Under the pieces are notes generated by a model. It was not told the DNA's origin. It was given only the letters and a program-made list of their open reading frames with translations, and made no database searches. The position numbers and the translations under genes were made by a program. From NCBI GenBank assembly GCA_020847915.1, contig JADLBE010000529.1, positions 21,417 through 85,416 on the forward strand: a stretch of DNA of 64,000 bases, in the 5' to 3' direction. This document shows positions 9,801 through 17,062 of the stretch, one piece after another. Each line of letters starts with the position of its first letter. Within the stretch, counting starts at the first letter, position 1. Source of the stretch: Saprospiraceae bacterium. GTDB taxonomy: Bacteria > Bacteroidota > Bacteroidia > Chitinophagales > Saprospiraceae.

Positions 9801-10013
9801 ATCAAATGCAGGGCTGTTGGTGTAAGAACCTACAAAACCGCTGGTGTTGATACCCGATTGATCGGGGTTGGCAATGGCGCCATTGTACGTGCCATTCACA
9901 CCAGACCATGCAATGTCGGCGGTGCCGCCCTCAAAATCTTCAAACGTTACCTGTGCGGTAACACTGAAGCATGCCAGTAAGGCAAGGCAACTTGTGAGAA
10001 GTAAATTTTTCAT
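6867..10013 (-). CDS. Secreted protein with six tandem ~150-aa CBM-like beta-sandwich modules and a T9SS (Por) C-terminal sorting domain
   Basis: 1048-aa ORF with a signal peptide. Six diverged repeats share the pattern F(E/D)DFE..W..ANP..N.S..VG...DLS.FN.F.FK.. then ..FK.EGG.., ANEW.EYTFDFS and YY.DD(I/V). The C-terminus reads VSPNPVTDRLRV...LPAGVYTL...FVKQ. Confidence 0.8.
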   Translation of the reverse strand: MKNLLLTSCLALLACFSVTAQVTFEDFEGGTADIAWSGVNGTYNGAIANPDQSGINTSGFVGSYTNSPAFDFNFAIADVPGGTVDLSEFNVFKIKIWSPTAPAVALFKFEGGGQGQEKVVNITTANEWVEYTFDLSAGENKTLMNKVLISFNSFVLGDNATYYWDDIVAYKDEVYETFEVPSGIDWVTFNGGLYSGPVANPAPDWVNNSATVGCFTNNPASDFSFFLGTAPENFDLAVFNQFKFKLWAPNPTRLLFKVEGAGGGVEKFVNIAVANVWQEYTVDFSGSSTLIDINKILISYTPFAVSEDDTFYVDDIRAEAKGICTGATLDPLVIDDYDCNRNATYGLGWDSLTVVDNPFPSGDNNSLQVGRVADKTGAGSEYYPLVFDYEDPIDLSVRNQFTFQLYSAKAGTVLVKIEGGMGQKEVPFDMVPNQWTTYTFDVADQVGKGHKRFVIFFNAGQNGEVGDVYYIDNVKLVEPTALPPVEDFEDGLSLFWQPLGGNVALHGIFNAPAPNPGPNSVNDSDNSGCYTLGTSAFSTLEAFSATPFDLTLYPQFNLDVRSPAGGGTVLMILNSATGNKEFEATVTTPGEWETLSFDFSTASDVDDIQQISLRFNSGTAAPGTTWCIDNLRQSDATVDPCVDVTINDKIVDDFECQRNYESIFYGGTNLTVINNPYLNAGNPSTKVGKYDDPINEPFAGLGYEFATAPDLSVYNILQVRVYSTVANLPFLFKLQGGAQVEITENIPVANEWHTFEIDFSGVANNDNKQLVIFPNAGSNDAGTYWIDDVRFKRAGYNGCVSDYETPATSFNNFTYFNNGSFNQPFEAISNPNPSGINTSNTVGKFVAAADAGIYFGMFSQLDAAIDFQGNKTVRMKVHMDHIGTVTVKAEIFGNPFPPVEITVPNTLVNQWEELSFDFSAVDDAAKYDRFTIFFDIATTGTGTDVISYFDDIVIGNGMCNSISTFTPPTVEAIKVSPNPVTDRLRVTNLPESARLDVFNLYGQKVSSILTGGNNRSEVDVTRLPAGVYTLSAFNEQGMLIGNAKFVKQ

Positions 10014-10131
10014 ACGTGCTTCTTTAAAAAAAGTTAGTGATTGAATTGTAATTCAGGATTTGAGATTTTCGGGACAGGTCCCGGATTGTTTGATGTACTC
10101 ATGGTTTTTGAAGGTTAAAAAATACATATAA

Positions 10132-11991
10132 TCATGGCGAAACGAGCAGCTTCACGCTGCGGGTTTTTCCATTTTCAGTTTTTACAGCTATAAAATACAT
10201 GCCGGGTTCGAGTCCTGCAGTTGCAATGGGGAGGTTGTAAATGCCTGGTTTAAAAGCCCTTGTGTTAACGGCAATTTGCCTCAATACTCCCTGCTTATCA
10301 ACAACTTCCACCTGAAATACACTACCGGTCAACACCTGCAATTCGAGTAGCGTCGTTTGTCCTGCTACCACCGGATTGGGCCGGAGCACAACATCAAACC
10401 CATACGACGTGCGTGAGGTTTCCTCCGTTGAACTGGCATCAGGTACAAAACCAACAGCCGCCACAGCCGATTGTATGCCAGGCGCCTGCATAAAAAGGTC
10501 CCAAAACAAACCGGTACGGTGGTTTTCGATCATGGCCACGATGGGTCCCTGGTCGATGGCAAGGTAGGAGGAGGCAAACCAGTTCTGATCGAGGTTGAAC
10601 GCATCGTAAAAACCATAACGTCCCCAAAGTTGCTCGCCGAGAACCCGGTAAAAATGCTTCAACGCCTTCATACTTTCCTGTGGGGTGTAAGGCATGGATG
10701 CAAGGGCCGCCGTTGGTGCAATGGTACCGTTGTCGTTTGCCGGAAACGGATCGTGCGCCTGGTAACCCCAGGGATTGTCGCTGGCCGTGAGACCCCAACA
10801 CTCATCGGAATAGCCTTCGTGGTTTTCAGGGTTTGAATTGCAATACGCCTGATGGATCAAGGCGTGGTTGCGGTTGCGCACAAAGTAATTGCAGTAAGCG
10901 TCTTTTTTGTTGCGCGGATCAAAACCCAGGAAGGAATAATGAGCAAAAAACAAAGGGCCGCCGGCGTATGGGCCGCAGCAAATCGGGTAACCATAATAGG
11001 AGGCGTTGTTGGTATAGCCGCCACCGGCCCATCCTGTCTGGTACAAACTGGCCGGTACGCCGTGTGTTGGTGACGCCACGGCAAGCAGGTAAGTTATCTG
11101 GGTTTCGTTGAAACCGCGAAGGGGAAAATTCATTTGCCACTGGTATTGCGGCGACCAGTGCCAATACAACACATTGCTGTTGTTGCGCCGGTACCAATCC
11201 CATTCCACGCCTTCCCACAAATCGGTGATCACATCGCGCAGGGTATTTTCCAGGGCATTGTTTTGATCAAAATATTCCCTGCAAATCAGCAGTCCCTGCA
11301 TCATAAACGCAGTTTCCACCAGGTCGCCGCCGTTGTCGAAAGTACTGAAAGGAATGGTTTGTCCCGTGGCGCCATTGATCCAGTGCGGCAGGGCGCCGTG
11401 GTACTTTTCACAAATCTGGAGAAACGAAACAATCTGAAGCATCCTGTCCACACCTTCCTGCCGGGTGATCCAGCCGCGTTCGATGCCGGTAACGATGGAC
11501 AAAAGTCCAAAACCCGAACCACCGGTTGTAACGGTGTTCCCGGAAGTATTGCGTTCACGTGCCATGCCGCTTTGCGGGTGGGCAAAATCCCAAAAATACC
11601 GGAAAGTGTATCGCTGCACCATCTCAAGCAATTCCTCATCGCTGAAGACATGTGTGGTTGCCGTCAGGGTATCGGAAAAGGGTCCGATCATGCCTCCTTC
11701 GGCGAGGGTACGTATGGCGTATTGTCTGGAAATGCCTGCTCCCTCATCACCTGTCCAGTCGATGTAGGTTTCGTTACCGGGTCCAAGCGCTTTAAGTAAA
11801 CTGAAACTTTGCCCGCCGTTGTCGGAGCGGAACAATTGGTAGCCGGTCACACTTGTGGCACCGGAACCTTGCCAGTGCAATTCAATGTGACTGTCGAATC
11901 CTTCAGCAGCAAAAGATGACGGAGGCGCCTGGGCAAAAAGGCATCCCAGCGGAAACAACAGCAGCGTACTCAGGTGTATGTTTGTTTTCAT
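10132..11991 (-). CDS. GH144-like ('putative glucoamylase' PF10091-type) glucanase with N-terminal FnIII-like segment and T9SS C-terminal sorting domain
   Basis: The track ORF is 10132-12066. I prefer the ATG at 11991 (MKTNIHLSTLLLFPLGCLFAQAPP, a signal peptide). It shares the catalytic-domain motifs of 4562-6727. The C-terminus is LRPNPVVAGQTTL...GMYFIAVKTENGKTRSVKLLVSP. Confidence 0.78.
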   Translation of the reverse strand: MKTNIHLSTLLLFPLGCLFAQAPPSSFAAEGFDSHIELHWQGSGATSVTGYQLFRSDNGGQSFSLLKALGPGNETYIDWTGDEGAGISRQYAIRTLAEGGMIGPFSDTLTATTHVFSDEELLEMVQRYTFRYFWDFAHPQSGMARERNTSGNTVTTGGSGFGLLSIVTGIERGWITRQEGVDRMLQIVSFLQICEKYHGALPHWINGATGQTIPFSTFDNGGDLVETAFMMQGLLICREYFDQNNALENTLRDVITDLWEGVEWDWYRRNNSNVLYWHWSPQYQWQMNFPLRGFNETQITYLLAVASPTHGVPASLYQTGWAGGGYTNNASYYGYPICCGPYAGGPLFFAHYSFLGFDPRNKKDAYCNYFVRNRNHALIHQAYCNSNPENHEGYSDECWGLTASDNPWGYQAHDPFPANDNGTIAPTAALASMPYTPQESMKALKHFYRVLGEQLWGRYGFYDAFNLDQNWFASSYLAIDQGPIVAMIENHRTGLFWDLFMQAPGIQSAVAAVGFVPDASSTEETSRTSYGFDVVLRPNPVVAGQTTLLELQVLTGSVFQVEVVDKQGVLRQIAVNTRAFKPGIYNLPIATAGLEPGMYFIAVKTENGKTRSVKLLVSP

Positions 11992-12147
11992 GTAATTCGT
12001 TGTGGCATGTTTACAACGGTTTCCAAAAAGAAAAAAATATTTTGGAACCATTATTTTTTCCAGCATGAAATTAGGCTAAAAAGCCAAGAGGTGTGTAAAA
12101 CAGCACCTCACCACTACTACACCACAACAAAAAAAAGCTGGAAAAGA

Positions 12148-14913
12148 TCAATAATTGATCATAAACTCGGTCAGATTGGCTTCTTCGGGCAACCCTAATT
12201 TTCGCCGAAGGCGGTAACGCTTGTTTTCTACGCCCCGAACGGAGATGTTCAGCAGCGGTGCAATCTCTTTTGACGCCAGGTTCATCTTTAAATAGGCCGC
12301 CAACCGGAGGTCGCCGGGTGTCATATCCGGGAAGTCGTGCATCAATCTTTTGAAAAAATCGTCGTGCACAGCATTAAACGACGTTTCAAAAATTTCCCAG
12401 TCGTGATCACTTTCAAGATGGGCGTCTATTTCCCGCACGATCCTGCTCATGGCACGCGGATCATTTTTGGATTCGAGCAACGTATCTTTCAAATGCTGCA
12501 ATACCTCATTTTTACGAATGAGGTTTAAAGCCGCGTTCGACAATTCCTTGCTCTTGTTGTCGACCTCCAAAGCCAGCATTTCCCGTTCTGCCTCGGTGCG
12601 TTGCCGTTCCAGTTCCCGACGATTTTCTGCCTCCAGTTTCTCGCGTTGTTTTTCGAGCCTTTTTTGGTTGATCTTTTCAATTTGGTAGATGATGCCCAAA
12701 AACAACAAAACATACACCACCCATGCCCCAAGGGAAAGGTACCATGGCGGCGCTATGCGAAAACGCACCGTTGTTTCGGGTCCGTCGGCACTGTTGCGTA
12801 CCCTGAATACATAGGCTCCCGGAGGCAGGTTGCTGAATTCTTTTTCAGGTTCGGTTTGTCCGTCAGACCATTCATCCGTCAAACCTTCCAGTTTCCAGAA
12901 ATACACGGGCGCCTGGTCGAACGAAGGTGTTGCAAACCGCAGTTTCAAAGAATTGTCGCGATACGGCAATGTATTGGTTTCCAGTTCGGATGTACTAAGT
13001 ACGCGTCCGCTAACCGGCAAATATACCCAGCGAATCAGCGCAGCTACGTCCGATTTTTTACCATTCTCCGGGGTAAAAGGGCGCATGTTTGCAAATCCGT
13101 TTTCCAGGCAAAAGAGGTAATCGCCGTTGCTTAGGACAACAATGTTTTCATACCCCGGAACCAGGGAAAGGTTCCAGTGGTTCACTACCCTCCCCTTTTG
13201 GACCAGACTTACGTTTTTGTTGTCGACTACAAAATAATCGCCCGTTTTTCCGGCAATCCACTTGACAGGTTTTCCTGATTGACCCAAGGGTTCGAAATGG
13301 GTTTTACCATCACTTCTTTCGCGCATCAGGTAGGGACCGGCTGCTGAATTCAGCACCAGCGAGTCGTTTAGTTTGCACAAATCCAGCTGGTAATCGCCGG
13401 GCAGACCTTCGTTTTTTGTAAACAATTGTATTTCCTCCACCCGCATCCAGTCGGCACTAAGTTTTAACCTGAACAGTCCGCGGTTGGGATGTACGCCCCA
13501 AATGTTTCCCCGTGTGTCGAAAGTAATTTCTTTCAAAGGCTCGCTGAACCCTTCCACCCTGGTTGCTGTTCCCCACATGCCTGCGGTGTTTTTCCGGTAG
13601 AGCACAATTCCGGTGTACGTGCTTTGCAAAAGCAGGTCTTCCCGGCCGGGTACGGGTTGAAAACACCAGCCTCCTGTAATGTCCGACAAAGAGACTGCCT
13701 TGTTGTTTTGAATGCGGAAGGTGCCGTTGTTGTGCCCGCACAACAATTGGCCATCGTATACCGCAAGTTGCCATACTTGTCCCTGGGTGCCTTCAATAGC
13801 TCTAAAACCATCCTGTTGTTGTACAAAAACACCCTGGTTGCTGCCCAAATACAGGGCGCCCTGCCAGTAGGCTGCCGTGTAAACCGTACCGATGCGTCCT
13901 GGAGGATCGTTAAAAAAACTCAGTGAAGCTTTCAATACAGCATAATCGATGCCCCTGTCGAGCCCGATCCAGAGGTTGTTGCTTTGGTCTTCCTGGAGCG
14001 ACAAAACCGTATTGTTTTGCAAACCGGAGGGCTGGTTGAGGTGAAAACGCAGCTTTCCGGCCTGGTCGAGTATGTAAACTCCGTTGCGGATGGTACCTAC
14101 TGCCCAACCGCCTTGTTTAAGCTCTACCGCTTTGTTGAGTTGGAAACGTTTGAAATCTTCATTCAATGGATTTTTCCATGCAATACATTGTTCGTTTTCA
14201 AAAGTATAAATGCCGAATCGGTCGGTACCTATCCACAATGCACCGTTCGGACCTCGTGTAATAAACTGTACAATGTTGCCTGCCAGGGTTTCACTGCCTT
14301 TTAAAAATCGGAATGTATTGTCCGGAAGCAGCTCGTACAGTCCCCGCCCAATCACAGGCAGGTATACGCGCCCATCTATGTTTTGGGCAAACATGATGGC
14401 TGCCGGAGGTTTGATCACCATCACGGTTTTGTAATCGTACCGATAAACGGTTGAAAAAGATTGGAAAAGTACGTAGCCGGGCATGGCCACGATGTGCCAT
14501 ATCTCCTCTTTATCAACCAGGTCGGCCTGTACGTTGCCCGACAGCGAGGTGTACACCAGTTTCCCTGTACCCAGTGAATCGAACCAATATCCGAACTCGG
14601 CAAAACCACCGCAAAAAATGCGGCCTTCAGGATCGATGGCCAGGGCGCGCAGGGTTTGTTTTTCAGGAAGGTTGTAAAGTTGCCAACGGGAGCCGTCGAA
14701 ACTGAGCAACCCGCTGTTGTTGCCGGCGTACAAAAAACCTTGAGGGGACTGGGCCAACGCCCAGTTTTGGTTTTGAGCGCCGTAAACATCGGGATTGAAA
14801 TGACGTACGAGTGGAGATTCCTGCGCCTGGGTAAGGTGTGGGAGCAGGATAAGCGACAAAGCAAGCAAAATGCTTGGCAGGTTGGGGATATTATGTTTGG
14901 AATGCTGCACCAT
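12148..14913 (-). CDS. Transmembrane one-component regulator: periplasmic beta-propeller (Reg_prop) repeats + Y_Y_Y domain, TM helix, coiled coil, LuxR/GerE-type HTH
   Basis: The track ORF is 12148-15063. I prefer the ATG at 14913 (MVQHSKHNIPNLPSILLALSLILLPHLTQAQ, a signal or anchor segment). It has the Y_Y_Y motif YFWKLEGLTDEWSD...YVFRVR, the TM segment WVVYVLLFLGIIYQI, and the C-terminal HTH LRLAAYLKMNLASKEIAPLLNISVRGVENKRYRLRRKLG. Confidence 0.8.
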   Translation of the reverse strand: MVQHSKHNIPNLPSILLALSLILLPHLTQAQESPLVRHFNPDVYGAQNQNWALAQSPQGFLYAGNNSGLLSFDGSRWQLYNLPEKQTLRALAIDPEGRIFCGGFAEFGYWFDSLGTGKLVYTSLSGNVQADLVDKEEIWHIVAMPGYVLFQSFSTVYRYDYKTVMVIKPPAAIMFAQNIDGRVYLPVIGRGLYELLPDNTFRFLKGSETLAGNIVQFITRGPNGALWIGTDRFGIYTFENEQCIAWKNPLNEDFKRFQLNKAVELKQGGWAVGTIRNGVYILDQAGKLRFHLNQPSGLQNNTVLSLQEDQSNNLWIGLDRGIDYAVLKASLSFFNDPPGRIGTVYTAAYWQGALYLGSNQGVFVQQQDGFRAIEGTQGQVWQLAVYDGQLLCGHNNGTFRIQNNKAVSLSDITGGWCFQPVPGREDLLLQSTYTGIVLYRKNTAGMWGTATRVEGFSEPLKEITFDTRGNIWGVHPNRGLFRLKLSADWMRVEEIQLFTKNEGLPGDYQLDLCKLNDSLVLNSAAGPYLMRERSDGKTHFEPLGQSGKPVKWIAGKTGDYFVVDNKNVSLVQKGRVVNHWNLSLVPGYENIVVLSNGDYLFCLENGFANMRPFTPENGKKSDVAALIRWVYLPVSGRVLSTSELETNTLPYRDNSLKLRFATPSFDQAPVYFWKLEGLTDEWSDGQTEPEKEFSNLPPGAYVFRVRNSADGPETTVRFRIAPPWYLSLGAWVVYVLLFLGIIYQIEKINQKRLEKQREKLEAENRRELERQRTEAEREMLALEVDNKSKELSNAALNLIRKNEVLQHLKDTLLESKNDPRAMSRIVREIDAHLESDHDWEIFETSFNAVHDDFFKRLMHDFPDMTPGDLRLAAYLKMNLASKEIAPLLNISVRGVENKRYRLRRKLGLPEEANLTEFMINY

Positions 14914-15059
14914 TTCAGGATCAATCAACACATGGGTGCAAATAAAGCCCTGAAAAAGCGAAATAGGACAGGTTTGATGTGATCTCATTCTGTCGTTTTT
15001 CGCCTTTTCAGGGCTTTTTTTCCAACGCTGTGTTGAGGATGCAAGGTAGAACTTCTCTT

Positions 15060-15953
15060 TCAACCCACCGCCAGCGTTTTTTGGTATTCCTGCCGGAAAA
15101 TTTCGGGTGACATGCTTGTATACTTTTTAAAGAACCGGGTGAAATACGCATTGTCTTCAAAATGAAGCATGTCTGCAATTTGGGTTACGGTGTAGTCCGA
15201 ATTGACGAGCAGGCGTTTGGCTTCCAGCACTACCCTCTCGCGGATGAGTTCGCCGGCAGGTTTGCCAAGCACCGAATTGCTGAGGGCATTGAGGTGGTTG
15301 GGTGTGATGTACAGCATTTCGGCATAATCGCGTGGAAGGCGTTTTTCCCGAAAGTTTTGCTCTATCAGTTTTTCAAAATTACGCAAAACGGTAAGTTGGT
15401 GACGGCTCACTTCCTGTTTGCTGTTTTGTGGCATGGCCCTCGACAAAAGCACCAGCATCTGCATCAGCAGGGCGCGTAAAAAATCGTTCCGAAAATCTGC
15501 ATCCAGGTGGTATTCGTCGAGCATGCGTTCCATCAAACCGTGTACCTCACTGCAACATTCGGTTTCCAAAACATTGACGGGTTGTCCGCTCACGGTGTTG
15601 AACAACGGAAACTCCGCGATGAAGTTGGGGTTGTGGCAGATGGCGGTGAAAAAGCTTTCGTTGAAGTTCACGATGTAGCCCTCCGTACCAGGCAAAAAAT
15701 GCCAGGAATGAATTTGTCCAGGCGCCATGTAATACACCTGATGCGGTTTTACCGCATACGACTCGAAATCGATGGTATGTTCTCCACCACCTTCCGTAAA
15801 CAAAACGATCTGGTAAAAGGCATGACGGTGCGGAAACAACAAATCGGGATGGGCACGCGTGAAATCGCTGATGCGCATCACAAGAAATTCAGCCACGCAC
15901 TGGTCGGCGCCAAGCAGGTTGCAAATGCTGTAGGTTGGGATCTTTTTTGCCAT
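15060..15953 (-). CDS. AraC-family transcriptional regulator (cupin-type ligand domain + HTH_18)
   Basis: 297-aa ORF. The N-terminal cupin-like region is HRHAFYQIVLFTEGGGEHTIDF. The C-terminal AraC HTH is YAEMLYITPNHLNALSNSVLGKPAGELIRERVVLEAKRLL..SDYTVTQIADMLHFEDNAYFTRFFKK. Confidence 0.9.
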   Translation of the reverse strand: MAKKIPTYSICNLLGADQCVAEFLVMRISDFTRAHPDLLFPHRHAFYQIVLFTEGGGEHTIDFESYAVKPHQVYYMAPGQIHSWHFLPGTEGYIVNFNESFFTAICHNPNFIAEFPLFNTVSGQPVNVLETECCSEVHGLMERMLDEYHLDADFRNDFLRALLMQMLVLLSRAMPQNSKQEVSRHQLTVLRNFEKLIEQNFREKRLPRDYAEMLYITPNHLNALSNSVLGKPAGELIRERVVLEAKRLLVNSDYTVTQIADMLHFEDNAYFTRFFKKYTSMSPEIFRQEYQKTLAVG

Positions 15954-15960
15954 GGCGGAA

Positions 15961-16019
15961 AAGTCGTAAGTCGTAAGTCGTAAGTCGTAAGTCCACTTAT
16001 GACTTACGACTTACGACTT
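15961..16019. repeat. Heptamer-built hairpin: (AAGTCGT)x4 followed by inverted (ACGACTT) units; 19-bp perfect stem 15975-15993/16001-16019, 7-nt loop
   Basis: Read directly: aagtcgtaagtcgtaagtcgtaagtcgtaagtc cacttat gacttacgacttacgactt. It fills the gap between the yeeE-like stop (16021) and the araC start (15953). No clean T-run follows, so I do not call it a canonical terminator. Confidence 0.85.
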
Positions 16020-16020
16020 G

Positions 16021-16431
16021 TTAGTGTGGTAATTTATTTCGGAGCAGTCCGTACACCCACGTGCCTGCGACCGCACTGATGATGGCGAGGACCATGATGG
16101 TAATGCCGGAGCCAACGAGTGCCATCATCGGGCCGGGGCAAGCGCCTGTGATACCCCAGCCTATGCCGAAGATCAGTCCACCAATGATGTTTCCTTTGTC
16201 GAATTTTTTCACTCCAAAGGTAAGTTCTTCACCATCAATGGATTTGGCGCCTGTTTTTTTCAAAATAAAAACGGAAAGCATGCCTACTACTACGGCGCTG
16301 CCGATGACACCATACATGTGGAACGACTGGAAACGAAACATTTCCTGGATACGCCACCAGGAGATGACCTCCGTTTTGGTAAGCACGACGCCGAAAAGAA
16401 CGCCGAACAGCAGATATTTAAGATTTTTCAT
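16021..16431 (-). CDS. Small YeeE/YedE-related membrane protein (second half of a split sulfur-transport pair)
   Basis: 136-aa hydrophobic ORF with about 4 TM segments and the glycine-rich motif GGLIFGIGWGITGACPGP. It lies 12 nt downstream of the YeeE/YedE ORF. Confidence 0.75.
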   Translation of the reverse strand: MKNLKYLLFGVLFGVVLTKTEVISWWRIQEMFRFQSFHMYGVIGSAVVVGMLSVFILKKTGAKSIDGEELTFGVKKFDKGNIIGGLIFGIGWGITGACPGPMMALVGSGITIMVLAIISAVAGTWVYGLLRNKLPH

Positions 16432-16443
16432 GACGGAGCAACT

Positions 16444-17007
16444 TTACAGGGCGAGCAAAATGGGGAGCAGAAAATGGGTGCAAAGGAAACCACCAACCAT
16501 AAAACTGATGGTTGCCACCAGGGATGGCCATTGCAGCGTGGACAGGCCAAAGATGGTATGACCACTGGTGCAGCCTCCGGCATAACGCGTACCGAAACCA
16601 ACCAGAAAGCCACCGACGATGACAAATACAATGGTTCGCAACGAACCCAGTTCACTCCAGTTGAAAATTTCCGACGGACCAAGTCCGCTGAACTCCGTAA
16701 GGCCAAGTGCCCTTAAATCTTCAATGGTTTGTGGATTGACGACCATTTCACCCGGATTGGCGAGCAAAACGCCACCCACAAAACCTCCGATCAGGATACC
16801 ACCGACGTAAAAGAGGTTCCAGGATTCTTTTTTCCAATCGTATTGGAAAAAATCAATGCCGGCTGGGAAACAGGATGCGCAAATGTGGCGCAGGGAGGAG
16901 GATATGCCAAGCGATTTGTTACCTGCAATAAGCAGCAAAGGAACAGCTAATCCAATAAGCGGCCCGCCTATGTACCAGGGCCAGGGTTGAGACAAAAATT
17001 CTAACAT
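16444..17007 (-). CDS. YeeE/YedE-family sulfur-compound transport membrane protein (first half)
   Basis: The track ORF starts at a TTG (17043). I prefer the ATG at 17007 ([19 protein letters not shown]). It carries the YAGGCTSGH motif characteristic of YeeE/YedE. Confidence 0.8.
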   Translation of the reverse strand: MLEFLSQPWPWYIGGPLIGLAVPLLLIAGNKSLGISSSLRHICASCFPAGIDFFQYDWKKESWNLFYVGGILIGGFVGGVLLANPGEMVVNPQTIEDLRALGLTEFSGLGPSEIFNWSELGSLRTIVFVIVGGFLVGFGTRYAGGCTSGHTIFGLSTLQWPSLVATISFMVGGFLCTHFLLPILLAL

Positions 17008-17062
17008 GACTTCAAAATGTTTGACGGTTCGATAACTTAGCAACGAAGTAACACAATTCTCT

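Noticed and set aside
10069-10090. cgggac-ag-gtcccg hairpin as a terminator after the GH144-like T9SS gene
   Set aside because: The stem is short with a sterically impossible 2-nt loop, and no T-run follows on the relevant (minus) strand. The similarly weak hairpins at 12088-12109, 18403-18426, 21868-21887 and 30556-30582 were also not reported as features.
14914-15063. 4-nt overlap (15060-15063) between the long regulator ORF and the AraC gene as evidence of translational coupling
   Set aside because: The first 50 codons of the long ORF have no recognisable features. An internal ATG at 14913 directly precedes a signal or anchor sequence, so the overlap is probably an ORF-calling artefact.
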